NCBI RefSeq assembly: GCF_032444005.1
Contig: NC_091289.1
Span: forward strand, 171,182,001 to 171,246,000
Direction of reading: 5' to 3'
DNA: 64,000 bases
DNA from: Ranitomeya imitator
Taxonomy: Eukaryota
The notes below the pieces were generated by a model. It searched no databases and had not been told where the DNA came from. It was given only the letters and a program-made list of their open reading frames with translations. Positions 11,206-23,230 of the stretch are shown here, piece by piece (within the stretch, counting starts at the first letter, position 1; each line of letters opens with the position of its first letter). A program made the translations under genes and the position numbers.

Positions 11206-13169
11206 TAAGCCATCAAGTTCAGGGAAAGGTGCTGGCTCTGTGTCGAATCCGACATCAAAGGCAGGTACACGTCCAATGTCGTAAATCGATTGGGAAGGGG
11301 TTAAATTATTCCTATTTAAAAACTATTTCCGCTTGGCAGACCCAACCGACTAAGAGCCTGATTGATCATTTTGCACCTTTTTTCCTGTCTGGCTTCTGGT
11401 GTTTCTTTCCTATTTTAATTTGCACCTTTTTTTTTATTTGCTCCTTATCTTAATGTCAATTTCTTATAGTTGCCTGTGTTATTTTTTTTTTATTCATTTG
11501 TCATTGTCGCCATGGTTTGGTGTTTCCAGATGTTTTAAGCTAATTAATCAAATGTGATTTTTTTTTTTTTTTAAAGTCCCCATATGTTTCTGCAAATGTA
11601 CTCCAGCCACCCATTCCTCCCCATCCTTCTGTGATTTTATGTACGACTGTCATTTTTTCTGCATTTTTTTGTGAAATTTTAGTGGAGCATGGGATTTTTT
11701 TGTGCTAAAAAGTCACGAAAAAGGTTAAAAACAAAAATAAAGAACTTTTTTTTGTTATTTTCCACCAAATTCAGGAACACAATATATGACAATATATGAC
11801 AAAACAAACTCAATATATGACACAAGACAATTTAAAGAAAAGGACTTGGGGGGGGAAAAAATGCAAATGATGAATCGGACCCTAAATTATTACTTGTTGG
11901 GCAACTCCCTAAATATTTTCAGCAGTTGCATCTGGAACGCGGCGGTGTGTTACATTTCCCAATTTTTCAGATTTTGTCAGTGCCCGTGAGATTTCAGTGA
12001 CATATATATCTTGGGATGCAAAGTGATATTCTCAATTTAGAGGAGTTGTCCCACTAAATACATTTATCTCATATTCACAGAATCAATGACAAATGTAGGC
12101 TCTCTGGGACCACCTTAATGCTTCCTTAATGAATGTAGTAATAAGTAGTATTGGGAATGTGTAACCAATTCTTCATTCTCGTTTATGGAACGGACTGAAC
12201 CAATTTAGTCGTTAGGCCCATAGGAGTGAACTGAGCAGAGATCACACATGCACAACATCGTTCACAAAGGGACGTTATGATCCCTGTTGTTTTTTTTTAA
12301 TAACTAATTTTTATTAAATTTTTATAAAAATTTTACAATCATTAATAAGACAAAACAATGATAATTTGGCTTGCAAATTAGATGATCAGAAAGAATGGAG
12401 TACAATTAGAATGAACTCTTGGAAGATGATTCCATCCACATCCACCTATAACAATTCTTATAAAACCACAATACTAAATAAGACGAGAAGGGAGGAAGAA
12501 ACCTGTTCAAAAACCAATATGCTCCCAACTGTTGTTTTGGGCCCTAAAATAGTCTCAGGAGCCCAGACGGTCCCAAATCCGTCCAAACTCGCATTCAATA
12601 AGGTTGTCATGTGCTCCATCCTGTGGATATCGGCTATTCTATCCAAAACCTTCTGATAAGAGGGGGAGTATTCTGTCTCCAGTGAAGGGCAATCAAACAT
12701 CTAGCTGCCATCAACAACATTCTGGTCGAATTCCTCCCCATCCCTCTACGAGAAACATTTAGTAGGTATTTAGCAGGGTCCAGCTCAACCACCACATATA
12801 GAACCTTTTGTATTAAGGTTTTCACTCTTTTCCAAAATCCAGCTAGACCAAAGCAAGACCAGAAAATGTGGAACTGAGAACCCGGTGGTGAGCAATAACG
12901 CAAGCAAATGTATGGAGCTGGTGGTTCAGCCTATGAAGGAGCTCTGGAGTGTGATACCAAAACATCAAAATTGTATATTAGTTTTCCTTATAAAGGGTGC
13001 AGCTAGAGGATTTGGCCGCCTTTTCCCACATATTCTGCCAGCATTGGGTAGGCAGCGTTTTTCCCAGGAGAGACTCCCATCTAATCATATATGGATGTTC
13101 CAACAATGAAGAGTTAATGAAAAGGACGGCACAAGAGGAATGCAGACTCTTTAGGACTTTGGACTCATA

Positions 13170-15285
13170 AATAACTGATCTGCAGTTGTCACGAATTAAC
13201 AGGGTATACGGTGCTCTGCAATTTTAAGCGTATAGCTGGATGAACATCAAAACAAGTAAGTATGCGGCACTCACCCTTTTTTTTTTGCTGTGTATTCGTG
13301 CTCTTTATTGGATATAGCTTGTACAAGTTTATACATCCATATTAGGACATCAGGTTCACAGGAGGGTGCGGTAGTGGAGAGTGGACGACGGCCGTTTCGC
13401 ACGGAATGTGCTTCAACGGGTCCAGGTGATTGATTACCAAACGCCATTTCCCTTTAAAGGGATTTAGACGTGCATGCAAATACATACATGAAAAAAACAT
13501 TAAAAAACAAGTGAAAGTGACTTAATAACAAGTACAGGAAAGAAATATATCTTGGTAAAAGGTATCAACCACTGAGGACTCTCAATTCTAAATATTTTAA
13601 TAACAAGTAATCATCTCTAAAATGCAGACTTACAACCTTTAATATTAATACGGACCCTTTTTTATTGCGTTGAAAGCGTTTATAAAAATACTGACATATC
13701 TAATCTGTCGTTTAGGCCAATTGGACCTTGTGCATTGGAATTTAGAATCCATCTGGCTTCTTTTTGTAATAATAACCTATTTTGATCGCCTCCTTGCGGA
13801 GGATATTTTACAATTTCTAAGCCAGCGAATTTTAGCAAGTTTGGATTAGAATTATGTACCTCTTTCATATGTTGGATTAGCCTCAGACAGCCTTTGCCTG
13901 TTGTTATTGAGTTATAGTGTTCTTTAAATCTCGTTACCAGCGGTCTAATTGTTTTGCCAATATAGAAATATAAGCAGGGACAAAAAAGAACATAAACTAC
14001 AAATTTACTCTTACAGAAAATGAAATCCCCAACTTTATGTGTTATAGAGCCTAATTGGATGGGATTGTGTGTTATATGAAGGTGACAGAACCTGCAATTC
14101 CCGCACTTGTGATTTCCCTCTGGAATATTGCTTGTCAACCAGTTTTTTCTCGGTAATAAGATTTTATTGTGCACTAGCATATCTGACAAATTATGGGCTC
14201 GTTTATAAGCAAATTTGGGCATACTGGTGTGTATGTGTGCCAGATCTTTATCTGTCTGTAACACATGCCAGTTTTTCCGTATTGATGCGTGCACAATATT
14301 ATCCATATTACTATGCTTAAAGCAGAAAGCGAACCTCTCTTCATTAGTATTCTCCTCTTGGGGAGATTTTCTTTTTCTTTTTAGAACATCTGCTTGTGAA
14401 CACTTACTAATACGGTTTTCAGCTTCTTTTAAAACCTGCAGGGGATAGCCTTCATAAAGCGTGATTTTAACTCACCTATTTGTTCATTGAAAATTTGGTT
14501 ATTATTCTTGATTTTTCGTAATCTAACCATTTGGCTAAATGGGAGTCCTCTCTTAGTATGCATCGGGTGTGCACTATCAAAATGCAACAAGTTGTTAGTT
14601 ACCGTAGGTTTTTTGAAGACTTTAGTTGTTATCTCACCTTCTATAATTTCAATTTTCACATCTAAATATTCTAGACTGTCAGCTCCATAGCAAGATGAAA
14701 ATCGCATGTTATCTGTGTTACATAAATTCAGGTATTCTACAAAGTTATCGAATTCCGCCTTATTTCCGTCCCAGATTATAAAAATATCGTCCACAAATCT
14801 AATAAAAAGATGAATGTGTTTGAGAAAGGGGTTATTTATGTTGGTAATATATGTATCTTCGAAGACTGCTAAGAAAAGATTTGCATAAGTACATGCAGTG
14901 GGCGTACCCATTGCGGTCCCTACTAATTGTTTGTACCGTTTATCCATAAATTTAAAGGAGTTATGGGAGAGTATAAATTCTAACCCCTCTATAATAAAAG
15001 AAATTATCTCCAAATCGAGATTTCTGTCTTGTAGAATTTTTTGAATAGCTTGTATGCCTTTCTCTTGAGGAATACGGGTATACAGATTCACTACGTCGAT
15101 TGATGTTAGTGAGAACGTGCATTGCCAGTCTATCTTTTTTAAAGCTAACACCAGATCTCCAGAGTCTTTGATATACGATGGGATTGTTGGTAAAAGTGGT
15201 TTTAATAACCAATCTATATAATGGGACAGAGATTCTGTTACCAAATTGATCTCTATCTAACACAACAATATTTCCTCCTTTGTCT
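13170..15285 (-). mobile_element. Penelope-like element, left (inverted) copy: RT, GIY-YIG endonuclease and pseudo-LTR
   Basis: ORFs 14429-15244 (RT: GTAMGT, RFVDD) and 13680-14306 (CKSKFVVYVLFCPCLYFYIGKTIR...EH) are separated by a frameshift. Confidence 0.93.
13382..13424 (-). ncRNA. Minimal type I hammerhead ribozyme-like motif, CCGUUGA core variant, GUC triplet
   Basis: TGGAC-CCGTTGA-A-GCAC attcc GTGC-GAAA-CGGCCG-TC-GTCCA: stems I and II pair and stem III is palindromic. Confidence 0.7.
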
Positions 15286-15297
15286 TATAAGAAGGGC

Positions 15298-17460
15298 AGA
15301 CAAAGGAGGAAATATTGTTGTGTTAGATAGAGACTACTATATTAGAGAAGCCTTCACACAATTAAATGATCCTGTCACCTATTGTCCGCTACCAAACAAT
15401 CCCACCCAGAAATATAAAACAAAATTAAGAACACTAAGAAAATTTGTAGATAAAGGAGTATTATCTAAAAAACGAGCAGAAAGCTTATTGCCAGAATTTC
15501 CTCAATACCCTTACTGGTATAGCATACCAATGAATAGTGCGTAAGTGCATAAAAGAACCGCCAGGTCGTCCTATAATTTCCGGGATCAATTCGGTAACAG
15601 AATCTCTGTCCCATTATATAGATTGGTTATTAAAACCACTTTTACCAACAATCCCATCGTATATCAAAGACTCTGGAGATCTGGTGTTAGCTTTAAAAAA
15701 GATAGACTGGCAATGCACGTTCTCACTAACATCAATCGACGTAGTGAATCTGTATACCCGTATTCCTCAAGAGAAAGGCATACAAGCTATTCAAAAAATT
15801 CTACAAGACAGAAATCTCGATTTGGAGATAATTTCTTTTATTATAGAGGGGTTAGAATTTATACTCTCCCATAACTCCTTTAAATTTATGGATAAACGGT
15901 ACAAACAATTAGTAGGGACCGCAATGGGTACGCCCACTGCATGTACTTATGCAAATCTTTTCTTAGCAGTCTTCGAAGATACATATATTACCCACATAAA
16001 TAACCCCTTTCTCAAACACATTCGTCTTTTTATTAGATTTGTGGACGATATTTTTATAATCTGGGACGGAAATAAGGCGGAATTCGATAACTTTGTAGAA
16101 TACCTGAATTTATGTAACACAGATAACATGCGATTTTCATCTTGCTATGGAGCTGACAGTCTAGAATATTTAGATGTGAAAATTGAAATTATAGAAGGTG
16201 AGATAACAACTAAAGTCTTCAAAAAACCTACGGCAACTAACAACTTGTTGCATTTTGATAGTGCACACCCGATGCATACTAAGAGATGACTCCCATTTAG
16301 CCAAATGGTTAGATTACGAAAAATCAACAATAATAACCAAATTTTCAATGAACAAATAGGTGAGTTAAAATCACGCTTTATGAATAGAGGCTATCCCCTG
16401 CAGGTTTTAAAAGAAGCTGAAAACCGTATTAGTAATTGTTCACAAGCAGATGTTCTAAAAAGAAAAAGAAAATCTCCCCAAGAGGAGAATACTAATGAAG
16501 AGAGGTTCGCTTTCTGCTTTAAGCATAGTAATATGGATAATATTGTGCACGCATCAATACGGAAAAACTGGCATGTGTTACAGACAGATAAAGATCTGGC
16601 ACACATACACACCAGTATGCCCAAATTTGCTTATAAACGAGCCCATAATTTGTCAGATATGCTAGTGCACAATAAAATCTTATTACCGAGAAAAAACTGG
16701 TTGACAAGCAATATTCCAGAGGGAAATCACAAGTGCTGGAATTGCAGGTTCTGTCACCTTCATATAACACACAATCCCATCCAATTAGGCTCTATAACAC
16801 ATAAAGTTCGGGATTTCATTTTCTGTAAGAGTAAATTTGTAGTTTATGTTCTTTTTTGTCCCTGCTTATATTTCTATATTGGCAAAACAATTAGACCGCT
16901 GGTAACGAGATTCAAAGAACACTATAACTCAATAACAACAGGCAAAGGCTGTCTGAGGCTAATCCAACATATGAAAGAGGTACATAATTCTAATCCAAAC
17001 TTGCTAAAATTCGCTGGCTTAGAAATTGTAAAATATTCCCCGCAAAAAGGCGATCAAAACAGGTTATTATTACAAAAAGAAGCCAGATGGATTCTAAATT
17101 CCAATGCACAAGGTCCAATTGGCCTAAACGACAGATTAGATATGTCAGTATTTTTATAAACGCTTTCAACGCAATAAAAAAGGGTCCGTATTAATATTAA
17201 AGGTTGTAAGTCTGCATTTTAGAGATGATTACTTGTTATTAAGTCACTTTCACTTGTTTTTTAATGTTTTTTTCATGTATGTATTTGCATGCACGTCTAA
17301 AACCCTTTAAAGGGAAATGATGTTTGGTAATCACCTGGACCCGTTGAAGCACATTCCGTGCGAAACGGCCGTTGTCCACTCTCCACTACCGCACCCTCCT
17401 GTGAACCTGATGTCCTAATATGGATGTATAAACTTGTACAAGCTATATCCAATAAAGAGC
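15298..17460 (+). mobile_element. Penelope-like element, right copy, 5'-truncated
   Basis: RADKGGNIVV...PPGRPIISG, RT 15537-16289, a premature TGA at 16287 where the other copy has GGA, GIY-YIG 16305-17159, and a terminal repeat ending in aataaagagc. Confidence 0.93.
17336..17378 (+). ncRNA. Minimal type I hammerhead ribozyme-like motif, CCGUUGA core variant, GUU triplet
   Basis: Same fold as 13382-13424 with C17 changed to U. Confidence 0.68.
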
Positions 17461-17469
17461 TCAACCTAC

Positions 17470-17690
17470 TGAACAGCCGCACAGCCAGCTCTTCCCTCTC
17501 CTAGTGTATCCTCACCCACCCCCTGCAGACTGTGAGCCCTCGCGGGCAGGGTCCTCCCTCCTTATGTACTCGTGTGCCTTGTTATCTGCTCATGTTTAAT
17601 GTATTTGTCTATATTTGCCCCGTATTCACATGTAAAGCGCCATGGAATAAATGGCGCTATAAAAATGTATAATAATAATAATAATAATAA
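17470..17690 (+). mobile_element. 3' tail of an L2-like LINE or SINE ending in (AAT)n
   Basis: agcgccatggaataaatggcgctataaaa followed by an (aat)n tail; similar tail at about 21810-21880. Confidence 0.6.
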
Positions 17691-18778
17691 AAAAGAGCTC
17701 ATATATGGATGTTTCAAGGGGGGGGGGAGGGTCAGTCCGAGGAGAACCCAAGGTCCTGTAAATATCTGATATTAACCCTTTAGTTGATGTGCCTTTCTTA
17801 CAAAGCCTCTCCAATTCCGTTGGTTGAGAAACCGTCAATGAGCCATATAGTGAAGGCTCCAGGTGCTTAATCTGCATGAACTGGAAGAACTCTATTACAG
17901 CAAATTTAGATTTTATATAAACAAACGAGAACTTTCAATGTGTTTCCATCCACCAAATCCACAAATCGAAACAATTCTGCCAAAATCCACTGGTGGACCA
18001 TTGTCGGTTCCAAACTGGTATCAGAGGCTGGTATATAAAAGATATCATTGGGGGAGAACAAACCGAAGCGCCTTGCACATGGGAGCCAAAGATCCCTCGT
18101 AAACTGCATAGGGCCCAACAAAGTAAATGGTATCTTAATAGACTTAGTCGACCATAAAAGGGAGTTCTGGTGGATTGGAGCCAACCATATCTTTTCTATT
18201 TCAGTCCAAATATTGGAACCGACAAGCCCCCTTGTGATCTATGACATGTGAGAACACTTTTGGATATTCTCTTTCGTTCCATATGAACTTCATTATAACA
18301 GCTTGTAGGCACCTAAGTTCCCGAAGGGTAACCTTAATGGGGAGAGTCTCAAAATAATAAAGTAGCTTAGGCAGGAGTGTCAACTGAAGCTATGCGGGCA
18401 ATCAGTGAGAGTGAAAATGGCATCCACTTAGTCAAAAGCCTCCTCAACCCTCCAAAAAGAGATGGATAGTTACAATTATATAAATTGTTATAGGAAGAGG
18501 ACAGATTAACCCCCCAGTATTTAATAACCTCATTTTTTTAATCTAAATTTAAAGTTTGTCTTAAATAGTCAAGGATATTAGGGGAAATGTTCAAGGGTAA
18601 GGCCTCTCTTTTAGAGGTATTTAATTTATTTCCTGACAGCTGTCCATACTCCTTCAAAGTGACAATGAGGTTGGGGAGTGTTATATGAAGTTTAGTGAGG
18701 GTCAGTAAAACATCATCAGCAAATAATGAAATCTTAAATACCTTATTTTTTTACTTCCACCGCTGAGATATTATATTA

Positions 18779-21243
18779 CATAGTAACATACATAGTAACA
18801 TAGTTAGTAAGGCCGAAACAAGACATTTGTCCATCCAGTTCAGCCTATATTCCATCATAATAAATACCCAGATCTACGTCCTTCTACAGAACCTAATAAT
18901 TGTATGATACAATATTGTTCTGCTCCAGGAAGACATCCAGGCCTCTCTTGAACCCCTCGACTGAGTTCGCCATCACCACCTCCTCAGGCAAGCAATTCCA
19001 GATTCTCACTGCCCTAACAGTAAAGAATCCTCTTCTATGTTGGTGGAAAAACCTTCTCTCCTCCAGACGCAAAGAATGCCCCCTTGTGCCCGTCACCTTC
19101 CTTGGTATAAACAGATCCTCAGCGAGATATTTGTATTGTCCCCTTATATACTTATACATGGTTATTAGATCGCCCCTCAGTCGTCTTTTTTCTAGACTAA
19201 ATAATCCTAATTTCGCTAATCTATCTGGGTATTGTAGTTCTCCCATCCCCTTTATTAATTTTGTTGCCCTCCTTTGTACTCTCTCTAGTTCCATTATATC
19301 CTTCCTGAGCACCGGTGCCCAAAACTGGACACAGTACTCCATGTGCGGTCTAACTAGGGATTTGTACAGAGGCAGTATAATGCTCTCATCATGTGTATCC
19401 AGACCTCTTTTAATGCACCCCATGATCCTGTTTGCCTTGGCAGCTGCTGCCTGGCACTGGCTGCTCCAGGTAAGTTTATCATTAACTAGGATCCCCAAGT
19501 CCTTCTCCCTGTCAGATTTACCCAGTGGTTTCCCGTTCAGTGTGTAATGGTGATATTGATTCCCTCTTCCCATGTGTATAACCTTACATTTATCATTGTT
19601 AAACCTCATCTGCCACCTTTCAGCCCAAGTTTCCAACTTATCCAGATCCATCTGTAGCAGAATACTATCTTCTCTTGTATTAACTGCTTTACATAGTTTT
19701 GTATCATCTGCAAATATCGATATTTTACTGTGTAAACCTTCTACCAGATCATTAATGAATATGTTGAAGAGAACAGGTCCCAATACTGACCCCTGCGGTA
19801 CCCCACTGGTCACAGCGACCCAGTTAGAGACTATACCATTTATAACCACCCTCTGCTTTCTATCACTAAGCCAGTTACTAACCCATTTACACACATTTTC
19901 CCCCAGACCAAGCATTCTCATTTTGTGTACCAACCTCTTGTGCGGCACGGTATCAAACGCTTTGGAAAAATCGAGATATACCACGTCCAATGACTCACCG
20001 TGGTCCAGTCTATAGCTTACCTCTTCATAAAAACTGATTAGATTGGTTTGACAGGAGCGATTTCTCATAAACCCATGCTGATATGGAGTTAAACAGTTAT
20101 TCTCATTGAGATAATCCAGAATAACATCCCTCAGAAACCCTTCAAATATTTTACCAACAATAGAGGTTAGACTTACTGGCCTATAATTTCCAGGTTCACT
20201 TTTAGAGCCCTTTTTGAATATTGGCACCACATTTGCTATGCGCCAGTCCTGCGGAACAGACCCTGTCGCTATAGAGTCACTAAAAATAAGAAATAATGGT
20301 TTATCTATTACATTACTTAGTTCTCTTAGTACTCGTGGGTGTATGCCATCCGGACCCGGAGATTTATCTATTTTAATCTTATTTAGCCGGTTTCGCACCT
20401 CTTCTTGGGTTAGATTGGTGACCCTTAATATAGGGTTTTCATTGTTTCTTGGGATTTCACCTAGCATTTCATTTTCCACCGTGAATACCGTGGAGAAGAA
20501 GGTGTTTAATATGTTAGCTTTTTCCTCGTCATCTACAACCATTCTTTCCTCACTATTTTTTAAGGGGCCTACATTTTCAGTTTTTATTCTTTTACTATTG
20601 ATATAGTTGAAGAACAGTTTGGGATTAGTTTTACTCTCCTTAGCAATGTGCTTCTCTGTTTCCTTTTTGGCAGCTTTAATTAGTTTTTTAGATAAAGTAT
20701 TTTTCTCCCTATAGTTTTTTAGAGCTTCAATGGTGCCATCCTGCTTTAGTAGTGCAAATGCTTTCTTTTTACTGTTAATTGCCTGTCTTACTTCTTTGTT
20801 TAGCCACATTGGGTTTTTCCTATTTCTAGTCCTTTTATTCCCACAAGGTATAAACCGCTTACACTGCCTATTTAGGATGTTCTTAAACATTTCCCATTTA
20901 TTATCTGTATTCTCATTTCTGAGGATATTGTCCCAGTCTACCAGATTAAGGGCATCTCTAAGCTGTTCAAACTTTGCCTTCCTAAAGTTCAGTGTTTTTG
21001 TGACTCCCTGACAAGTCCCCCTAGTGAAAGACAGGTGAAACTGCACAATATTGTGGTCGCTATTTCCTAAATGCCCAACCACCTGCAGATTTGTTATTCT
21101 GTCAGGTCTATTAGATAGTATTAGGTCTAAAAGTGCTGCTCCTCTGGTTGGATTCTGCACCAATTGTGAAAGATAATTTTTCTTGGTTATTAGCAGAAAC
21201 CTGTTGCCTTTATGGGTTTCACAGGTTTCTGTTTCCCAGTTAA
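18779..21243 (-). mobile_element. CR1-clade LINE, 5'-truncated, with an uninterrupted 756-aa ORF2 (endonuclease C-terminus plus RT)
   Basis: ORF 18893-21163 has LDLILSN...GNSDH, PGPDGIHP, YRPVSLTS, DFSKAFD, GVPQGSVLGP and FADD; octamer-like catagtaa repeat tail at 18779-18800. Confidence 0.93.
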
Positions 21244-23230
21244 TATTGATGTATCGTTGCCGCTAGAGGCTCTATACACATTACGTATACATATGGGGAA
21301 AGAGGGCATCCCTGCCTTGTGCCATTCGAGATGAGAAAAGAGTTAGACACAAAAGGGCAATTTAATCGAGGCTGATGGGGATCTATACATTGCCCTTAAA
21401 TGCTGTAAAAAAGCTCACAAGATACCAAATGTTTTCACTGTTTCAAACAAGAAAGACCAGTTACAGTAAGTCGGTCAAATGCCTTCTCTGCAACTAAACT
21501 TAAAATAAGCGTTTGTGTTTTTATTGCCCTTCTGGTGTCCCCTCACTGGCAAAAAGGGACAAAGCCTACCTGATCCTTACTAATAAGCCGGGGCAGCCAC
21601 TGATTAAGGCTATTAGCCAACATACGGGGAGATATTTTCAAGTCCAAGTTTAGTAAGGGCTATCGGATGATAATTAGAGCAATCCAGAGGGTCTTTTCCC
21701 ACCTTAGGAATAAATATCAAGTATAAATGTGACAAGGTATCTGGTATGGGAGAGCCTCCATGAATGAGTTAAACATTTTAGTTCCTCTGCAAAAGTTTTA
21801 TAACAATGTGTGCAAACCTGTAAAGTGCTGCGGAATATGTTAGCGCTATATAAAAATAAAGATTATTATTATTATAATAAAGATATGTCAGCCCATCTGG
21901 GCCAGGAGACTTTCCCGAAGGCAAGTCTTTCAAGATTTGGCTATTTCCTCTTGAGTAACCGGAATATTAAGAGCGTTTATCGCTTCAGGGGCAAGGACTG
22001 GTAAATTTAAATTGGATAAATAATTTTTTCAAAAGGGAGTCTCTTCTATTCTCATCCATTTACTATAGAAATTATGAATTAAATTAGAAATCTCAGATGG
22101 ATTGTAGTGTATAGAGCCATCTTCACTTCTTATTGCTTGGGGATTCGAGGACGAAGCCTTTTCCTTCGATCGCCTCGCCAATAGTGTATGCCCTTTATTG
22201 CCCCTTTCATAATAGTCTTTCTGTGTGTATAAAAGTAGTTTCTCTACCTTTCACACACATAGGTCTTTGAACTTACCTCTAACCTCTACCACCCTCCTCA
22301 AAACCCGCAGAGAAGGAAATGCAGTTTATGTTCTTCTCTTTTGAGTTGCAATGAAAGATTATTATATTCAAGTTTGGAATTTTTTTTCACTTTGGAACCC
22401 TCTTTAATACAGTGACCCCCTCATTACTGCCTTACGAGCCTCCCACAGCATTGAAGGAGAAGAAACCGAGCCCTCATTTAGGTGGAAAAAGTCAGACAGA
22501 TGCTCAAGTAGAGTTTTCCTAACGTTGAGGTCCTCTCCATTCCAGAGATATGGCCTCCTCTTCCTTCTATGTAAATCTAGTCTTGCCAAGTGGGCAAGGT
22601 TCACAACTCTTCTGGGTGGCCATCTTTAGGACCACACCCTCTCGTCTTAAATTATTAGCTTTATATCCAGGGAAAAGAAAGTCATATCTCAAGTGTAAGA
22701 ACAAAAGAAAAACAACGCTGGATTCTGGAGAATAGTGTCATTTACACCAGGTTAAAAACCAACAAGTCTGCAGTCCCTCTGTGTGACTGACCACAAGTGG
22801 TGACATAGTGAGTAAAGGCTTTATTACGGTATATTATCTGGGTTGAACATTTAGTTTAAGAAGGGGTTGTCCTAGTAGTGGACAACCCCTTTAAGTCCTC
22901 GAAGGAAACTGTAATGTAAAGCTTCCTTGCGGCTCACTACAACCTGCTATTGAGAAATCCAGAGCACATAGGAACATTAATTAAAGTGAAAAGAGATTAT
23001 AAAATGCAAATTAGCTGGCTACAAAACAAACAAAGAGGTCGAGTAAATTCCTTCCTTCCCGTCCCATTGATCTTATCTGTGTTTGGATGAGTACTGACAT
23101 GCACATAAATAAGAGTGTATATAATAAACTACTGAAGCAATACTTTGCATACTGGAATTATACAACTAAAAAAACTGAATTATTTAATATTCTGCTCATT
23201 CCAAGCAGTAAATGGCAAAATCTAGGTTAA

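Larger units (their letters stand above)
12290..22760 (-). mobile_element. Degenerate L1-clade LINE split by nested insertions (segments at about 12290-13170, 17690-18775 and 21244-22760)
   Basis: Collinear ORF2 remnants: WEARKAVMRG (22.4 kb); GTRQGCPLSP (21.3 kb) continuing across the CR1 into KISLFADD (18.7 kb); LLPKLLYYF...FIW (18.3 kb); HIFWSC zinc-finger region (12.8 kb); AATAAA and poly(A) at about 12.3 kb. Confidence 0.85.

Noticed and set aside
18900-20606. Plus-strand ORFs of 130-215 aa
   Set aside because: Antisense shadows of the CR1 RT frame.
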